From Rhodospirillaceae bacterium (GTDB lineage: Bacteria; Pseudomonadota; Alphaproteobacteria; UBA7985), in contig JAYQIC010000011.1 of assembly GCA_038141425.1 (NCBI GenBank), forward strand, positions 319,681-383,680: DNA of 64,000 bases. Reading direction: 5' to 3'. The notes beneath the pieces were generated by a model. It made no database searches and had not been told where the DNA came from. It worked only from the letters and a program-made list of their open reading frames with translations. Positions 52,799 to 63,333 of this stretch are shown one piece after another; positions within the stretch are counted from its first letter, which is position 1; each line of letters starts with the position of its first letter. A program made the position numbers and the translations under genes.

Positions 52799-53854
52799 TC
52801 AGCGCCTTTCCGGGTCCGAGGCCATCCACGATTCGATCATAAAGCGCGCGATGGAATCCCGTCGCGGCAGCCGGAAGCTGTCCGAGCCCCGGTGCGCGTT
52901 GATCTCATCCCGGCTGTACCAGTCGGCGCGCTCCAGCTCCTCGGTGTTGACCTGCAGGGCTTCGGTCTCCGACCACGCAAAGAAGCCGATCATCAGCGAG
53001 TTGCTGAAGGCCCAGGGCTGGGATGCCGCGTAGCGAACCCGGCCGATGCGCAGCCCGACTTCCTCGGCCACTTCCCGCACCACCGTCTGTTCGAGCGTCT
53101 CGCCGGCGTCGACATAACCAGCGAGGATCGAGTGGATCGTCGGCGGGAAGTTGTGGTTGCGGGCCATGACGCAGCGCTCCCCGCTGGGGTCCTGCACCAG
53201 CATGATCGTCGCGGGATTGATGCGGGGAAAGTGCACCTCGCCGCAGTCGGCGTTGGTGCAGCGGCGTTCCAGCCCGGCACGGGCGGCTTCTGTCGGGCTG
53301 CCGCAGCGCCCGCAAAACCGGCTGCTGCGGTGCCAGGCGAGCAGATGCCGGGCATAGGCGCCGACACCGGCGAGGAAGGGGTCGAGGTTGGGTCCCACCA
53401 TCCACGGGTCGATGAACTGCGCCCGAGCGCCTTCGGTCTCCGGGTTCTCATGGGCTGAAATGTCCGCTGCGAAATAGGGCGTGCCGTTGCGCAGGCCGAG
53501 GAAGACCAGCGGGTCGCTCTCGTTCAACCGGTCGCGGGGCCAACTGTGCAGGGTGTCGCCGTCGTCGCTCATCAGCACCCGCCGCCGCCATACGGGCAGA
53601 ATTTCGGCTTCGTGGCTGTTCAGCGCCGCCGTAATGGCGGTCGGATCGCCGCGGTCCAGCCCGTCACGGTCAAGGCCTTCGAAGGTATAGGGCAGGGGGC
53701 TGTCTGAGAGCCGCTGCGCAGAACCGCAGAAGGCGCGGGGGGTCTGGTCATCGACGTCGCGGATCTCCGTGCGCCGCGGAACGGCGCTGGGCGAGGGGTC
53801 ATCACGGTCAAGATGGGCCGGAGAAAGCGTCTTTTGCGGGTCGTCGTTGTTCAT
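52799..53854 (-). CDS. nudC: NUDIX hydrolase, NADH pyrophosphatase (NudC-like)
   Basis: Zinc ribbon CGRCGSPT...CTNADCG. Nudix box GYVDAGETLEQTVVREVAEEVGL. I chose ATG 53854. The rest of ORF 52799..54742 is spurious read-through opposite ffs and dnaX. Confidence 0.85.
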   Translation of the reverse strand: MNNDDPQKTLSPAHLDRDDPSPSAVPRRTEIRDVDDQTPRAFCGSAQRLSDSPLPYTFEGLDRDGLDRGDPTAITAALNSHEAEILPVWRRRVLMSDDGDTLHSWPRDRLNESDPLVFLGLRNGTPYFAADISAHENPETEGARAQFIDPWMVGPNLDPFLAGVGAYARHLLAWHRSSRFCGRCGSPTEAARAGLERRCTNADCGEVHFPRINPATIMLVQDPSGERCVMARNHNFPPTIHSILAGYVDAGETLEQTVVREVAEEVGLRIGRVRYAASQPWAFSNSLMIGFFAWSETEALQVNTEELERADWYSRDEINAHRGSDSFRLPRRDSIARFMIESWMASDPERR

Positions 53855-53862
53855 GCCTTGTC

Positions 53863-53893
53863 TTGCAAGCCGCTCGGCTGTGCTCCATATAAT
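53863..53893 (+). promoter_or_regulatory. Candidate sigma-70-type promoter of ffs
   Basis: TTGCAA (53863-53868), 19-nt spacer, TATAAT (53888-53893). The predicted start near 53900 coincides with the 5' end of the SRP RNA helix. Confidence 0.4.
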
Positions 53894-53897
53894 ACCG

Positions 53898-53990
53898 TGA
53901 AGGTTGGGGCGGACGTGCCTCTCGCCAACCCGGTCAGGTCCGGAAGGAAGCAGCCGTAACGAATTCGGTGCGGGTCGTTCCAATCTTCCC
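53898..53990 (+). ncRNA. ffs: Signal recognition particle RNA (4.5S)
   Basis: Contains the invariant domain IV core GGTCAGGTCCGGAAGGAAGCAGCC. The flanks (GAAGGTTGGGGCGG / CGTTCCAATCTTC) pair into the closing helix. Conserved position upstream of dnaX. Confidence 0.9.
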
Positions 53991-54076
53991 TTGAGATTTC
54001 TTCTGCCGCCCTGTGTAGCGCAATTCCACCGGAAGGGCAGGGCGCGGACACGGCGAGAACGTGGATAAAGTGGCAG

Positions 54077-56007
54077 ATGGACCCTTCCAACCAGACATCC
54101 CTGATCGATGGTGAAGCCGGCGAGTACCTCGTGCTGGCGCGGAAATACCGCCCCCGCGACTTTTCGACCCACATCGGTCAGGAGGCGCTGGTCCGAACCC
54201 TGCGCAATGCTTTTGAAACCGGCCGTCTGGCCCATGCGTTTCTGCTGTCCGGCGTTCGCGGTGTAGGCAAAACCACCACCGCGCGGATCGTGGCGCGCGC
54301 GCTCAACTGCCAGGAAGACGGCCGCACCTCGCCCGCCGCCGATCCCTGCGGAACCTGCCCGTCGTGCCTCGCCATCAGTGAAGACCGCAGCGTCGACGTA
54401 ATCGAAATGGATGCGGCCAGCCACACCGGCGTCGACAACATGCGCGAAATCATGGACGGCATGAAATACGTCCCGGTTTCCTCGCGCTACAAGATCTACA
54501 TCATCGATGAGGTGCATATGCTCTCCAAGGCGGCCTTCAACGCGCTGTTGAAGACGCTTGAGGAGCCGCCAGCCCACGTCAAGTTCATCTTCGCAACCAC
54601 CGAAGCCGACCGCGTGCCGATCACGGTGCGCAGCCGCTGCCAGCGCTTCGACCTGCGCCGGATTTCCGCCGAGCAGCTTGCGACGTATTTCCGTGGGCTG
54701 ACCGACAAGGAAGGCGTGACCATCAGCGACGACGCCCTGCACCTGATCGCGCAGGCCGCCGATGGGTCAGCGCGCGATGGTCTCTCGCTGCTGGATCAGG
54801 CGATTGCACTGGGTGGCGGGGCCATCGAGGTCGAGGCCGTGCGCGATATGCTCGGCCTGTCCGATTATGGCCGGCTCGTTGAGCTGTTCGAGGCCATCGC
54901 CCACGGTCAGACCGAGCAGGTGCTGTCCCTGTTTGAGGCGCTTTACAATGACGGCGCCGACCCGGCCGCGGTTGTGCGGTCTGTCGCTGAATTTGCCCAC
55001 GAGCTGACCCGCCTGCACGTCACCCGGGGTGAAGCCCGTCTGACCAGCGGCGAGGGCCACCGCGAGGCCATGCTGACGCTGGCGCGCAGCCTGTCCATGG
55101 CGCAGCTGAGCCGGTTCTGGCAGGCCGCGCTGGCCGGTCTGCGCGAGGTGCAATCCGCCTTCCAGCCGTCCATGGCTGCTGAAATGGTGCTGCTGCGGCT
55201 CTGTTACCTCTCCCAGATGCCCGATCCTGGGCAGTTGGTGGAGCAGATGCGCGCCGGTGGTGCCGCGGCGAGCGCTTCGCCGACATCGCCGCAACAGCCG
55301 CCGCCCGCGCCGGCTTCGGCGCCAGACGACGGCCCGCGAGTAGCGCTGGCGCCTTCCGGTGCACCCGTGTCAGCGTCTCCGCCTTCCCCTGCACCGACCC
55401 CGCCAGCATCGCCGCCAGCACCGCAGCCGGAAACGGCCACCGAACCGCCACCTGCCCCAGCAGAGGAAACCGGACCGCCGGACTGGGCCGATATCCCGCC
55501 CCCGATGATGCACCCGATGCGCCGGATGGCCCTGAGCCCGTGGCTGCCACGGCACCACCCTTCGCAGGCGACGCGCTTACCGAAGACGGCGATATCGCGC
55601 CAACGCCCGACCCTGAGCCCCAGACGCTGCCCGGCGGCTTCGAGGGGCTGGTCAGCCTCATCGGTGAGCAGGCTTCGGCGCTGCTGGGTGCGCAGCTGGC
55701 CGAGGACGTGCATCTGGTCCGCTTCGAGCCGCCCCGGCTGGACCTGCGCCTGACATCCCGGGCGCCGCGCGACCTGCCGCGACAGGTGCAGGAGGCCGTG
55801 CTTCGCCTGACCGGCGAGCGGCTGACGGTTGCCATTTCCGACGAAGAGGGCCAGTTACCGCTGGCCGAGGCGCGCCGCGTGGCGCGACAGGCGGAACTCG
55901 ATGAAGCCACCCGCCATCCGACGGTGCAGGCAGCTCTGCAGGCTTTCCCGAGCGCAAAAGTGCAGGATGTGCGCTACAAACCCAACGCGATCCCACAAGA
56001 GGAGTAG
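54077..56007 (+). CDS. dnaX: DNA polymerase III subunits gamma/tau, frame-disrupted as sequenced
   Basis: [23 protein letters not shown], zinc module CGTCPSC. The Pro-rich linker is followed by a C-terminal domain in ORF 55540..56007. The slip is in C-run 55499-55503. Confidence 0.92.
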
Positions 56008-56011
56008 AGCC

Positions 56012-56320
56012 GTGAAGAACCTCGGCAACATGATGAAGCAGGCGCAGGCGATGCAGGCCAAAATGGCCGAAATGCAGGCCAAGCTGGAGCAGATGACGGG
56101 CGAAGGCGCCGCCGGTGGCGGTATGGTCAAGGTGACGCTGACCGGCAAGGGCGAGATGCGCGGTGTTGCGATCGACCCCGCGCTGATCGACCCCGAAGAG
56201 GTCGAGGTGCTCGAAGACCTGCTGGTCGCCGCTCACAACGATGCCAAGGCCAAATCCGAAGCGATGATGGCCGAAGAGATGAAGGCCGTGACCGGCGGCC
56301 TGCAGCTGCCCCCGGCATGA
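56012..56320 (+). CDS. ybaB: Nucleoid-associated protein YbaB/EbfC
   Basis: GTG 56012 follows [28 protein letters not shown] is the family N-terminus. Confidence 0.9.
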   Translation: MKNLGNMMKQAQAMQAKMAEMQAKLEQMTGEGAAGGGMVKVTLTGKGEMRGVAIDPALIDPEEVEVLEDLLVAAHNDAKAKSEAMMAEEMKAVTGGLQLPPA

Positions 56321-56336
56321 AAATGCCCTTCTAGGC

Positions 56337-56942
56337 ATGATCCTCAACGACCTTGAGCCGCTGCTGCGCCTGCTCGGGCGTCTGCCCGGGGTTGGCCCGC
56401 GCTCGGCGCGGCGGCTGGCGCTGGAGCTGATCCAGAACAAGGAAGCGCTGATGCGGCCGCTGGCCCGGTCGCTGCTGGATACGGCCGATGCCGTGCGCGG
56501 GTGCAGCGCCTGCGGTAACCTCGATACCGAGGACCCGTGCCGGATCTGTCTGTCGCCGACGCGGCTGGGTGAGGACGGCAAGGCGGTGCTCTGCGTGGTG
56601 GAAACCGTCAGCGACCTGTGGGCGCTGGAGCGCTCGGGCAGCTTCAAGGGCCGGTATCACGTGCTTGGCGGTACCCTGTCCGCGCTTGATGGCCGTGGGC
56701 CGGACCAGCTGCGGGTCGGCAGCCTGCTCGAACGGGTGCGTCGGGGCGAAGCGCGCGAGGTCATCCTTGCGCTGTCGGCCACGGTCGACGGCCAGACGAC
56801 GGCCCATTATCTCGCAGAACGGTTGCGGGAACTGGGCGCCGAGGTCAGCGCCGTCGCGCAGGGCGTGCCGGTGGGCGGCTCGCTGGAATACCTCGATGAC
56901 GGCACGTTGCTCGCTGCGATGAACGCCCGCCGCTCGGTCTGA
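56337..56942 (+). CDS. recR: Recombination protein RecR
   Basis: 201 aa. LPGVGPRSARRLA helix-hairpin-helix, C4 zinc finger CSACGN...CRIC, Toprim domain. Confidence 0.95.
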   Translation: MILNDLEPLLRLLGRLPGVGPRSARRLALELIQNKEALMRPLARSLLDTADAVRGCSACGNLDTEDPCRICLSPTRLGEDGKAVLCVVETVSDLWALERSGSFKGRYHVLGGTLSALDGRGPDQLRVGSLLERVRRGEAREVILALSATVDGQTTAHYLAERLRELGAEVSAVAQGVPVGGSLEYLDDGTLLAAMNARRSV

Positions 56943-56948
56943 GCGGCG

Positions 56949-57419
56949 TCAGGCTTCGTCAGGCTTGACCAGCACCACCGTGGCGCCGTCGACATCGGCG
57001 ATTTTGCCGAAACTCCCGACCTTGAAGCTTTCATCTGAGCGTGCGCGCCAGACGGTGTCACCGACCCGGACTGACCCCGTAGCCCCGGCGCGGATTGCTC
57101 GGTGAACCTCCACAACCTGCCCGACCATGGACGCACCACGGTCGTTGAGATCCGTGTCTTCGCTCTGGCTCAGGAAGCGTTTCCAGACATTGCGGCCGAG
57201 GATCAGCCCCAGCAGCGATGACAAGCCGAACAGCAGCAGGTTGACCCACGGCAAATCACCGGGGATCAGCCAGGCCAGCAGCGCGGTCAGCAGGGCGCCG
57301 ACGCCGAACCACAGCATCATGGTCCCCGGCATCAGCATTTCGATCACCAGCAGCACACAGCCGATGGCCAGCCAGAACCACGGCGCGGCGAGCAGGTCGG
57401 TTACTTGCGTCAGTTCCAC
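56949..57419 (-). CDS. NfeD-family membrane protein
   Basis: 156 aa with N-terminal TM helices and a C-terminal OB-like domain. Immediately downstream of an SPFH gene. Confidence 0.8.
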   Translation of the reverse strand: MELTQVTDLLAAPWFWLAIGCVLLVIEMLMPGTMMLWFGVGALLTALLAWLIPGDLPWVNLLLFGLSSLLGLILGRNVWKRFLSQSEDTDLNDRGASMVGQVVEVHRAIRAGATGSVRVGDTVWRARSDESFKVGSFGKIADVDGATVVLVKPDEA

Positions 57420-57424
57420 GGCTC

Positions 57425-58387
57425 TTACTTCTCCTGCTGTTGCTCGAGCGCGGCCTTGGCCAGCTCGGTCACACCGCCAATGGCGCCGATGACGTTGGAG
57501 GCTTCCAGCGGCATGAACACCAGCTTGTTGTTGTTCGAGGTCGCCATGTCCTTCAGCGCCGTGATGTAATTGTTGGCGACGAAGTAGTTCACCGCCTGCA
57601 GGTCACCTTCGGCGATGGCCTTGGAGACCATTTCGGTGGCGCGCGCTTCGGCCTCGGCCTCACGCTCACGGGCTTCGGCGTCGCGGAAGGCGGCTTCGCG
57701 GCGACCCTCTGCTTCGAGGATCAGCGACTGCTTCTCGCCCTCAGACTTGAGAATTTCAGCGGCCCGGAAGCCCTCGGCCTCGAGGATGTTGGCGCGCTTC
57801 TCACGCTCGGCCTTCATCTGCCGGGCCATGGCGTCGACCAGATCGCGGGGCGGGGTGATGTCCTTGATCTCCACGCGGGTGATCTTGACGCCCCACGGGT
57901 CAGAGGCGTCGTCGATAACGCGCATCAGGCTCTCGTTGATCTTGTCGCGGTTGGACAGGATCTCGTCGAGGTCCATGGAGCCGACCACGGTTCGGATGTT
58001 GGTCATGGTCAGGTTGACCACGGCGCGGGTCAAGTTGCGGACCTGATAGGCTGCGCGCGGGGTGTCCACGACCTGATAGAAGACCACGCCGTCGACCGTT
58101 ACCATGGCGTTGTCTTTGGAAATCACTTCCTGGCTGGGGATGTCCAGCACCTGCTCCATCACGTTCATCTTGACCCCGATGCGGTCGAAGAACGGCACGA
58201 TGATGTGCAGGCCGGGGTCGAGCAGACGGGTGAACTTACCGAAGCGTTCGACCGTCCATTCGTTCCCCTGCGGGATCGACTTGACGGCGCCGGTCACGAT
58301 GAAGATCGCCACCAGGAACACAGCGACGATGGTGATCGAGCTGAAGTTCATGAAAAAACCAAAGATTTCCAATGTCTTACTCCTCAA
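57425..58387 (-). CDS. SPFH/stomatin-family protein (QmcA-like)
   Basis: Band-7 domain (VPQGNEWTVERFGKF..., ITRVEIKDITPP) followed by a coiled-coil tail. The start may be the internal MNFSS. Confidence 0.88.
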   Translation of the reverse strand: MRSKTLEIFGFFMNFSSITIVAVFLVAIFIVTGAVKSIPQGNEWTVERFGKFTRLLDPGLHIIVPFFDRIGVKMNVMEQVLDIPSQEVISKDNAMVTVDGVVFYQVVDTPRAAYQVRNLTRAVVNLTMTNIRTVVGSMDLDEILSNRDKINESLMRVIDDASDPWGVKITRVEIKDITPPRDLVDAMARQMKAEREKRANILEAEGFRAAEILKSEGEKQSLILEAEGRREAAFRDAEAREREAEAEARATEMVSKAIAEGDLQAVNYFVANNYITALKDMATSNNNKLVFMPLEASNVIGAIGGVTELAKAALEQQQEK

Positions 58388-58581
58388 AGGGATTCCATGG
58401 ACAGCCTAGGCCAGCCCACGCATGCTTTACAGTTGATATGCTGACGCAGAGCGGCCTTTGCAAGGTTTCTCACACGCATCAGGCACGCTACCCCGTCGCG
58501 CCCCTGCGCGCTTGTCAGCAGCCGGTCAGGGGGGATACCTAAGGGCCACGACCCTTAATTCTGCCGCAAAAAGTCTCGCCC

Positions 58582-59121
58582 ATGACAGTTCTGGACATCC
58601 TGATCGCGCCGCACCCGACGCTCAAGGCCAAGGCCAAGCCCGTCGAAACCATCGACGATGGTCTGCGCCAGCTGCTCGATAACATGCTGGAAACCATGTA
58701 CGACGCGCCCGGGATCGGCCTCGCTGCGAACCAGGTCGGCGACCTGCAGCGGGTGCTGGTGATGGACTGCGGCTCCCGGAGCGAGGATGAAGCCCCGCGG
58801 CCGATGAAGATCATCAACCCGCAGATTACCGGCATTTCCGAGGAAATGAGCAGCTACGAGGAAGGCTGCCTCAGCATCCCCGAGCAGTACGCCGATGTCG
58901 AACGTCCGGCGGCGGTGCAGGTGCGCTATCAGGACGAGACCGGCGCCCAGCAGGAACAGATTTTCACCGGGCTGGAAGCGACCTGCATCCAGCACGAAAT
59001 CGACCACCTCGACGGCATTCTGTTCATCGACCACCTCAGCAACCTCAAGCGCAACATGCTGATGAAGAAGCTGCGCAAGCTGCTCAAGGAGCGCGAGGAA
59101 GACGCGGCGGCCGATGGTTGA
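58582..59121 (+). CDS. def: Peptide deformylase
   Basis: GIGLAANQVG, EGCLSIP and QHEIDHLDG, the three PDF motifs. Confidence 0.96.
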   Translation: MTVLDILIAPHPTLKAKAKPVETIDDGLRQLLDNMLETMYDAPGIGLAANQVGDLQRVLVMDCGSRSEDEAPRPMKIINPQITGISEEMSSYEEGCLSIPEQYADVERPAAVQVRYQDETGAQQEQIFTGLEATCIQHEIDHLDGILFIDHLSNLKRNMLMKKLRKLLKEREEDAAADG

Positions 59122-59600
59122 GGGCACGGGCCAACCGGCTCAAACGCGCCGCTGGACGCACAGTGGGCCATCGGTGCGCTGGAGGTAACCGACGCCTTTG
59201 GCCGTGTCGTGCCCATCACCCTTCGCTACAACACCGGTTTTCTCGATGCCGCCGTCCGAGCCAGTGTCGCGGACTGCGTGACCTTCTTCTGGCGCTTTGA
59301 AGACGACCCGCTGATGGGGGCGGGCGGTCCCGATCCGGAGATGGAAGCCGGCCTGGCGGCTATGGAGGCCGCGATCACCGATGCGATCCCGGGCGATGGC
59401 GGGTCGCTGGTCGCGGTCCGGCTCGGCAACGGCATGGTCGAGTACGCCGTCGCGTTTTCACCGAAGCCGCCCACGAGAGCTTTGCCGAAGGCTTTGAGCC
59501 GCCCGAAGCCTTCTTCAACAAATTCGCCGCGCAGCAGTTCGCCCACGGCCACGAGTTCTGGCCCGAATACCTGCCGCCGGGCTTTGAAACCAAGGGCTGA
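59114..59600 (+). CDS. Hypothetical protein, DUF695-like, frame-disrupted as sequenced (start uncertain)
   Basis: The main part is ORF 59209..59661 (…ITLRYNTGF...EMEAGLAAMEAAITDAI...VAVRLGNGMVEYAV). The C-terminus FTEAAHESFAEGFEPPEAFFNKF...ETKG-stop needs one T at run 59455-59458. The upstream frame is open to 59122 with no start. A candidate ATG 59114 lies in another frame. Confidence 0.5.
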
Positions 59601-59603
59601 GCC

Positions 59604-60530
59604 GTGCGCGTGGTGTTCATGGGCACACCGGCCTTTGCGGTCGAAGCGCTGCGGTCGCTGATCGACGCGGGCCACGAGGTGGTCTGTGCCTATGCGCAGC
59701 CGCCCCGCCCCGCGCGACGCGGGCAGAAGGAGCAGCCATCGCCCGTGCAGGCCTTTGCCGAGGCGGCCGGACTCCCCGTACGGACGCCTTTGAACTTCCG
59801 CGAGCAAGCCGACCGGGACGCCTTCGCCGCGTTGCAGGCCGACATCGCAGTGGTAGTCGCCTACGGCCTGATCCTGCCCCAGGCGGTGCTGGACGCGCCA
59901 CGACGCGGATGCCTGAACATCCACGCGAGCCTGCTTCCGCGATGGCGGGGCGCTGCGCCCATCCACCGCGCGATCGAGGCAGGGGACAGCGAGACCGGGG
60001 TCGGGATCATGCAGATGGAAGCCGGGCTGGACACTGGCCCGGTGCTGCTGGAAGACCGGCTCAGCATCTGTCCGACCGAGACCACCGGCGCGCTGCATGA
60101 CCGGCTGGCGGCGCTGGGTGGGCGCCTGATCGTGCAGGCGTTGGAGCAGCTCGACAGCCTCTCACCGACCCCGCAGGCCGAGACCGGGCAGACCTACGCC
60201 GCCAAGATCGACAAGGCCGAAACCCGCATCCGCTGGGACGCACCCGCGGCCGTGGTGCGGCAACGGATCAACGCCTTTTCACCCTTCCCCGGCGCGTGGT
60301 TCGAGCGCGAGGGCGAGCGGATCAAGGCCTTGCGCGCCGACGCCGGTACCGCGACAGCTGCGCCCGACACGGCTGCCGGGATGGTGCTCGCGGGACCGGG
60401 CCTGCAAATCGCCTGTGGCGATGGCCAGAGCGTGGCCCTGCTCGACGTGCAGCGCGCGGGCAAGACCACTGCCAGCGCCGAAGATTTCCTGCGCGGCAGC
60501 CCGATCGCCCCCGGCACGAGGCTCGACTGA
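59604..60530 (+). CDS. fmt: Methionyl-tRNA formyltransferase
   Basis: 308 aa. [28 protein letters not shown]. Confidence 0.95.
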   Translation: MRVVFMGTPAFAVEALRSLIDAGHEVVCAYAQPPRPARRGQKEQPSPVQAFAEAAGLPVRTPLNFREQADRDAFAALQADIAVVVAYGLILPQAVLDAPRRGCLNIHASLLPRWRGAAPIHRAIEAGDSETGVGIMQMEAGLDTGPVLLEDRLSICPTETTGALHDRLAALGGRLIVQALEQLDSLSPTPQAETGQTYAAKIDKAETRIRWDAPAAVVRQRINAFSPFPGAWFEREGERIKALRADAGTATAAPDTAAGMVLAGPGLQIACGDGQSVALLDVQRAGKTTASAEDFLRGSPIAPGTRLD

Positions 60531-61300
60531 TGCCCCGGTTCGCCATCCGGCTGGAGTATGACGGCACGCCCTACATGGGCTGGCAGTATCAGGAGCACGG
60601 GCCCTCGGTACAGGGTGCCGTCATCGATGCTTTCCGCGAATTCACCGGTGAGACCCTGACCGTCCACGCCAGCGGCCGCACCGACGCCGGGGTGCATGCG
60701 CTCGGACAGGTGATCCATGTCGATATCGAGGGTGACCGGTTCGATGCCAACCGCATCCGCGAGGCGCTCAACGGCTGCCTGCGCCCGCATCCGATTTCAG
60801 CGCTGGAGGTGATCGAGGTCGACGATGCGTTCCACGCCCGGTTTGAATGCACCGGGCGAGCCTACCGCTACATCATCGTCAACCGTCGCCCCGGGCTGGC
60901 GCTGGAGCGGGATCGGGCTTGGCTGGTGCGCTCACCGCTGGACGCCGAAGCCATGCACGAGGCTGCACAGGCCCTGGTCGGACACCACGATTTTACATCT
61001 TTCCGCGCCATCATCTGTCAGGCCAAGACCCCGGTGAAGACCCTCGACACGCTGCGGGTCTGGCGCACGGGCGAGCGCGTGATCGTTGAGACTGCCGCGC
61101 GCTCCTTCCTGCACAATCAGGTGCGCAATATGGTCGGCACGCTGGTCGAGGTCGGCGCCGGGCGGAAGCCGGTGGACTGGGTTCGGGAGGTTCTGGAAGC
61201 CCGGGACCGGCAGGTCAGCGGCCCCAAGGCCCCCGCCTGCGGGCTCTACTTCATGCGGGCAAGCTACCCGGCGAAGTACCGCTGGAGCAGCGACGCGTAG
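60530..61300 (+). CDS. truA: tRNA pseudouridine(38-40) synthase
   Basis: ATG 60530 overlaps the fmt stop (TGATG). YDGTPYMGWQ, SGRTDAGVHALGQV. Confidence 0.93.
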   Translation: MPRFAIRLEYDGTPYMGWQYQEHGPSVQGAVIDAFREFTGETLTVHASGRTDAGVHALGQVIHVDIEGDRFDANRIREALNGCLRPHPISALEVIEVDDAFHARFECTGRAYRYIIVNRRPGLALERDRAWLVRSPLDAEAMHEAAQALVGHHDFTSFRAIICQAKTPVKTLDTLRVWRTGERVIVETAARSFLHNQVRNMVGTLVEVGAGRKPVDWVREVLEARDRQVSGPKAPACGLYFMRASYPAKYRWSSDA

Positions 61301-62436
61301 ATCGCGGTCAGGTCGTCGATGTCCTTCACGGCGACACGTTCATCGACCTTGTGCATGGTCTGGCCAACCAGCCCGAATTCGGCGACCGGGCAGATATCCT
61401 TGATGAAACGTGCGTCCGAAGTACCGCCTGCGGTCGAATATTTGGGCCGACGGCCGGTGTGGTCCTCGACCACGTCAGCGATCAGCGCACCGAAGGCTTC
61501 GGGCGGGTAGATGAAGCTCTCGCCCGACACCCGGTAACGCACTGAGATGTGCTGGCGGTGCGGGGCGACGGCGTCGTCGATCCAGCGCTGCAGGCTGTCG
61601 CTGCTGTGGGTGTCGTTGAAGCGGATGTTGACCGTCGCGGTTGCCGTCGCCGGGATGAGGTTATCGGCGGGGTTGCCGACGTCGAAGCTCACCACCTGTG
61701 CCGATGACGCCTGAAAGTGCTCGGTGCCGGCGTCCAGCGGTTCGTCGGTCAGGGCACCCAGCACGGCGAGTAGTGGATGCACGGGGTTGTCGGCAAGGTG
61801 CGGATAGGCGACGTGCCCCTGCGTGCCGTTGCTCTCGAAGTACGCGGTGATCGAGCCGCGGCGGCCGATTTTGATCGCATCGCCGAGGGCTTCGGGGTTG
61901 GTGGGTTCGCCGACGATGCACACGTCCGGGCGCTCGCCGACCTCCTGCATCCAGTCGAGCACGGCGCGGGTGCCGTCGGTCGCCGGACCTTCTTCATCGC
62001 CGGTGATGATCAGGGAAATGGCGTCCCCCTCAGCCAGGGTTTCGAGCATGGTTTCGACCGCGCCCATGAAACATGCCACGCCGGACTTCATGTCGACCGC
62101 CCCGCGTCCGTAGAGGTGTCCGTCGACGATTTCGGCGCCGAAAGGCGGGTGGCTCCACGCGCTTTCATCCCCCGGCGGCACCACGTCGGTGTGGCCGGCG
62201 AAGGCAAAGTGGCGGCCATTCGAAGCCCCGCTGGGTCCGAATTTGACGAACAGGTTGGGCACACCGTTGCGGTCAATGCGCTCGGCACAGCCGCCCAGCC
62301 CTTCGGCCCACTGCGCGATATAGGCGATCGCCCCGCCCTCAACCGGGGTCACCGAAGGGCATCGGATCAGCGCCTGGGCGTGCTCGACCGAAGTCGAAGC
62401 CGAAGCCGATGAAGATGAGGAGCCGGGCGAAGCCAT
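61264..62436 (-). CDS. dapE: Succinyl-diaminopimelate desuccinylase
   Basis: 390 aa. M20 family with FAGHTDVVPPG and GRGAVDMKSG. Confidence 0.93.
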   Translation of the reverse strand: MASPGSSSSSASASTSVEHAQALIRCPSVTPVEGGAIAYIAQWAEGLGGCAERIDRNGVPNLFVKFGPSGASNGRHFAFAGHTDVVPPGDESAWSHPPFGAEIVDGHLYGRGAVDMKSGVACFMGAVETMLETLAEGDAISLIITGDEEGPATDGTRAVLDWMQEVGERPDVCIVGEPTNPEALGDAIKIGRRGSITAYFESNGTQGHVAYPHLADNPVHPLLAVLGALTDEPLDAGTEHFQASSAQVVSFDVGNPADNLIPATATATVNIRFNDTHSSDSLQRWIDDAVAPHRQHISVRYRVSGESFIYPPEAFGALIADVVEDHTGRRPKYSTAGGTSDARFIKDICPVAEFGLVGQTMHKVDERVAVKDIDDLTAIYASLLQRYFAG

Positions 62437-62444
62437 GGTTCGGG

Positions 62445-63278
<834 letters not shown>

Positions 63279-63333
63279 TGCAGGCTCCTGTAAACTAGGA
63301 CGACGGCAGCGCGGTTGCGCCGCCTTCGCGGGG

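Noticed and set aside
53855-54742. N-terminal 296-aa extension of the NudC ORF (ORF 52799..54742).
   Set aside because: It runs antisense through the SRP RNA gene and the 5' part of dnaX. The conserved NudC-type protein starts at ATG 53854.
55499-55503. Programmed ribosomal frameshift in dnaX producing a gamma subunit.
   Set aside because: The frame change is in a plain C-run within the Pro-rich linker. There is no A AAA AAG-type slippery heptamer or downstream structure. The sequence after it encodes the conserved tau C-terminal domain, not a quick stop. The window is full of identical homopolymer slips.
61264-61300. 37-nt convergent overlap of the truA and dapE 3' ends.
   Set aside because: The dapE C-terminus looks canonical. 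The truA tail past the conserved GLYF..Y end is short, non-conserved and could be shortened by a single undetected indel. It is not informative given the error profile.
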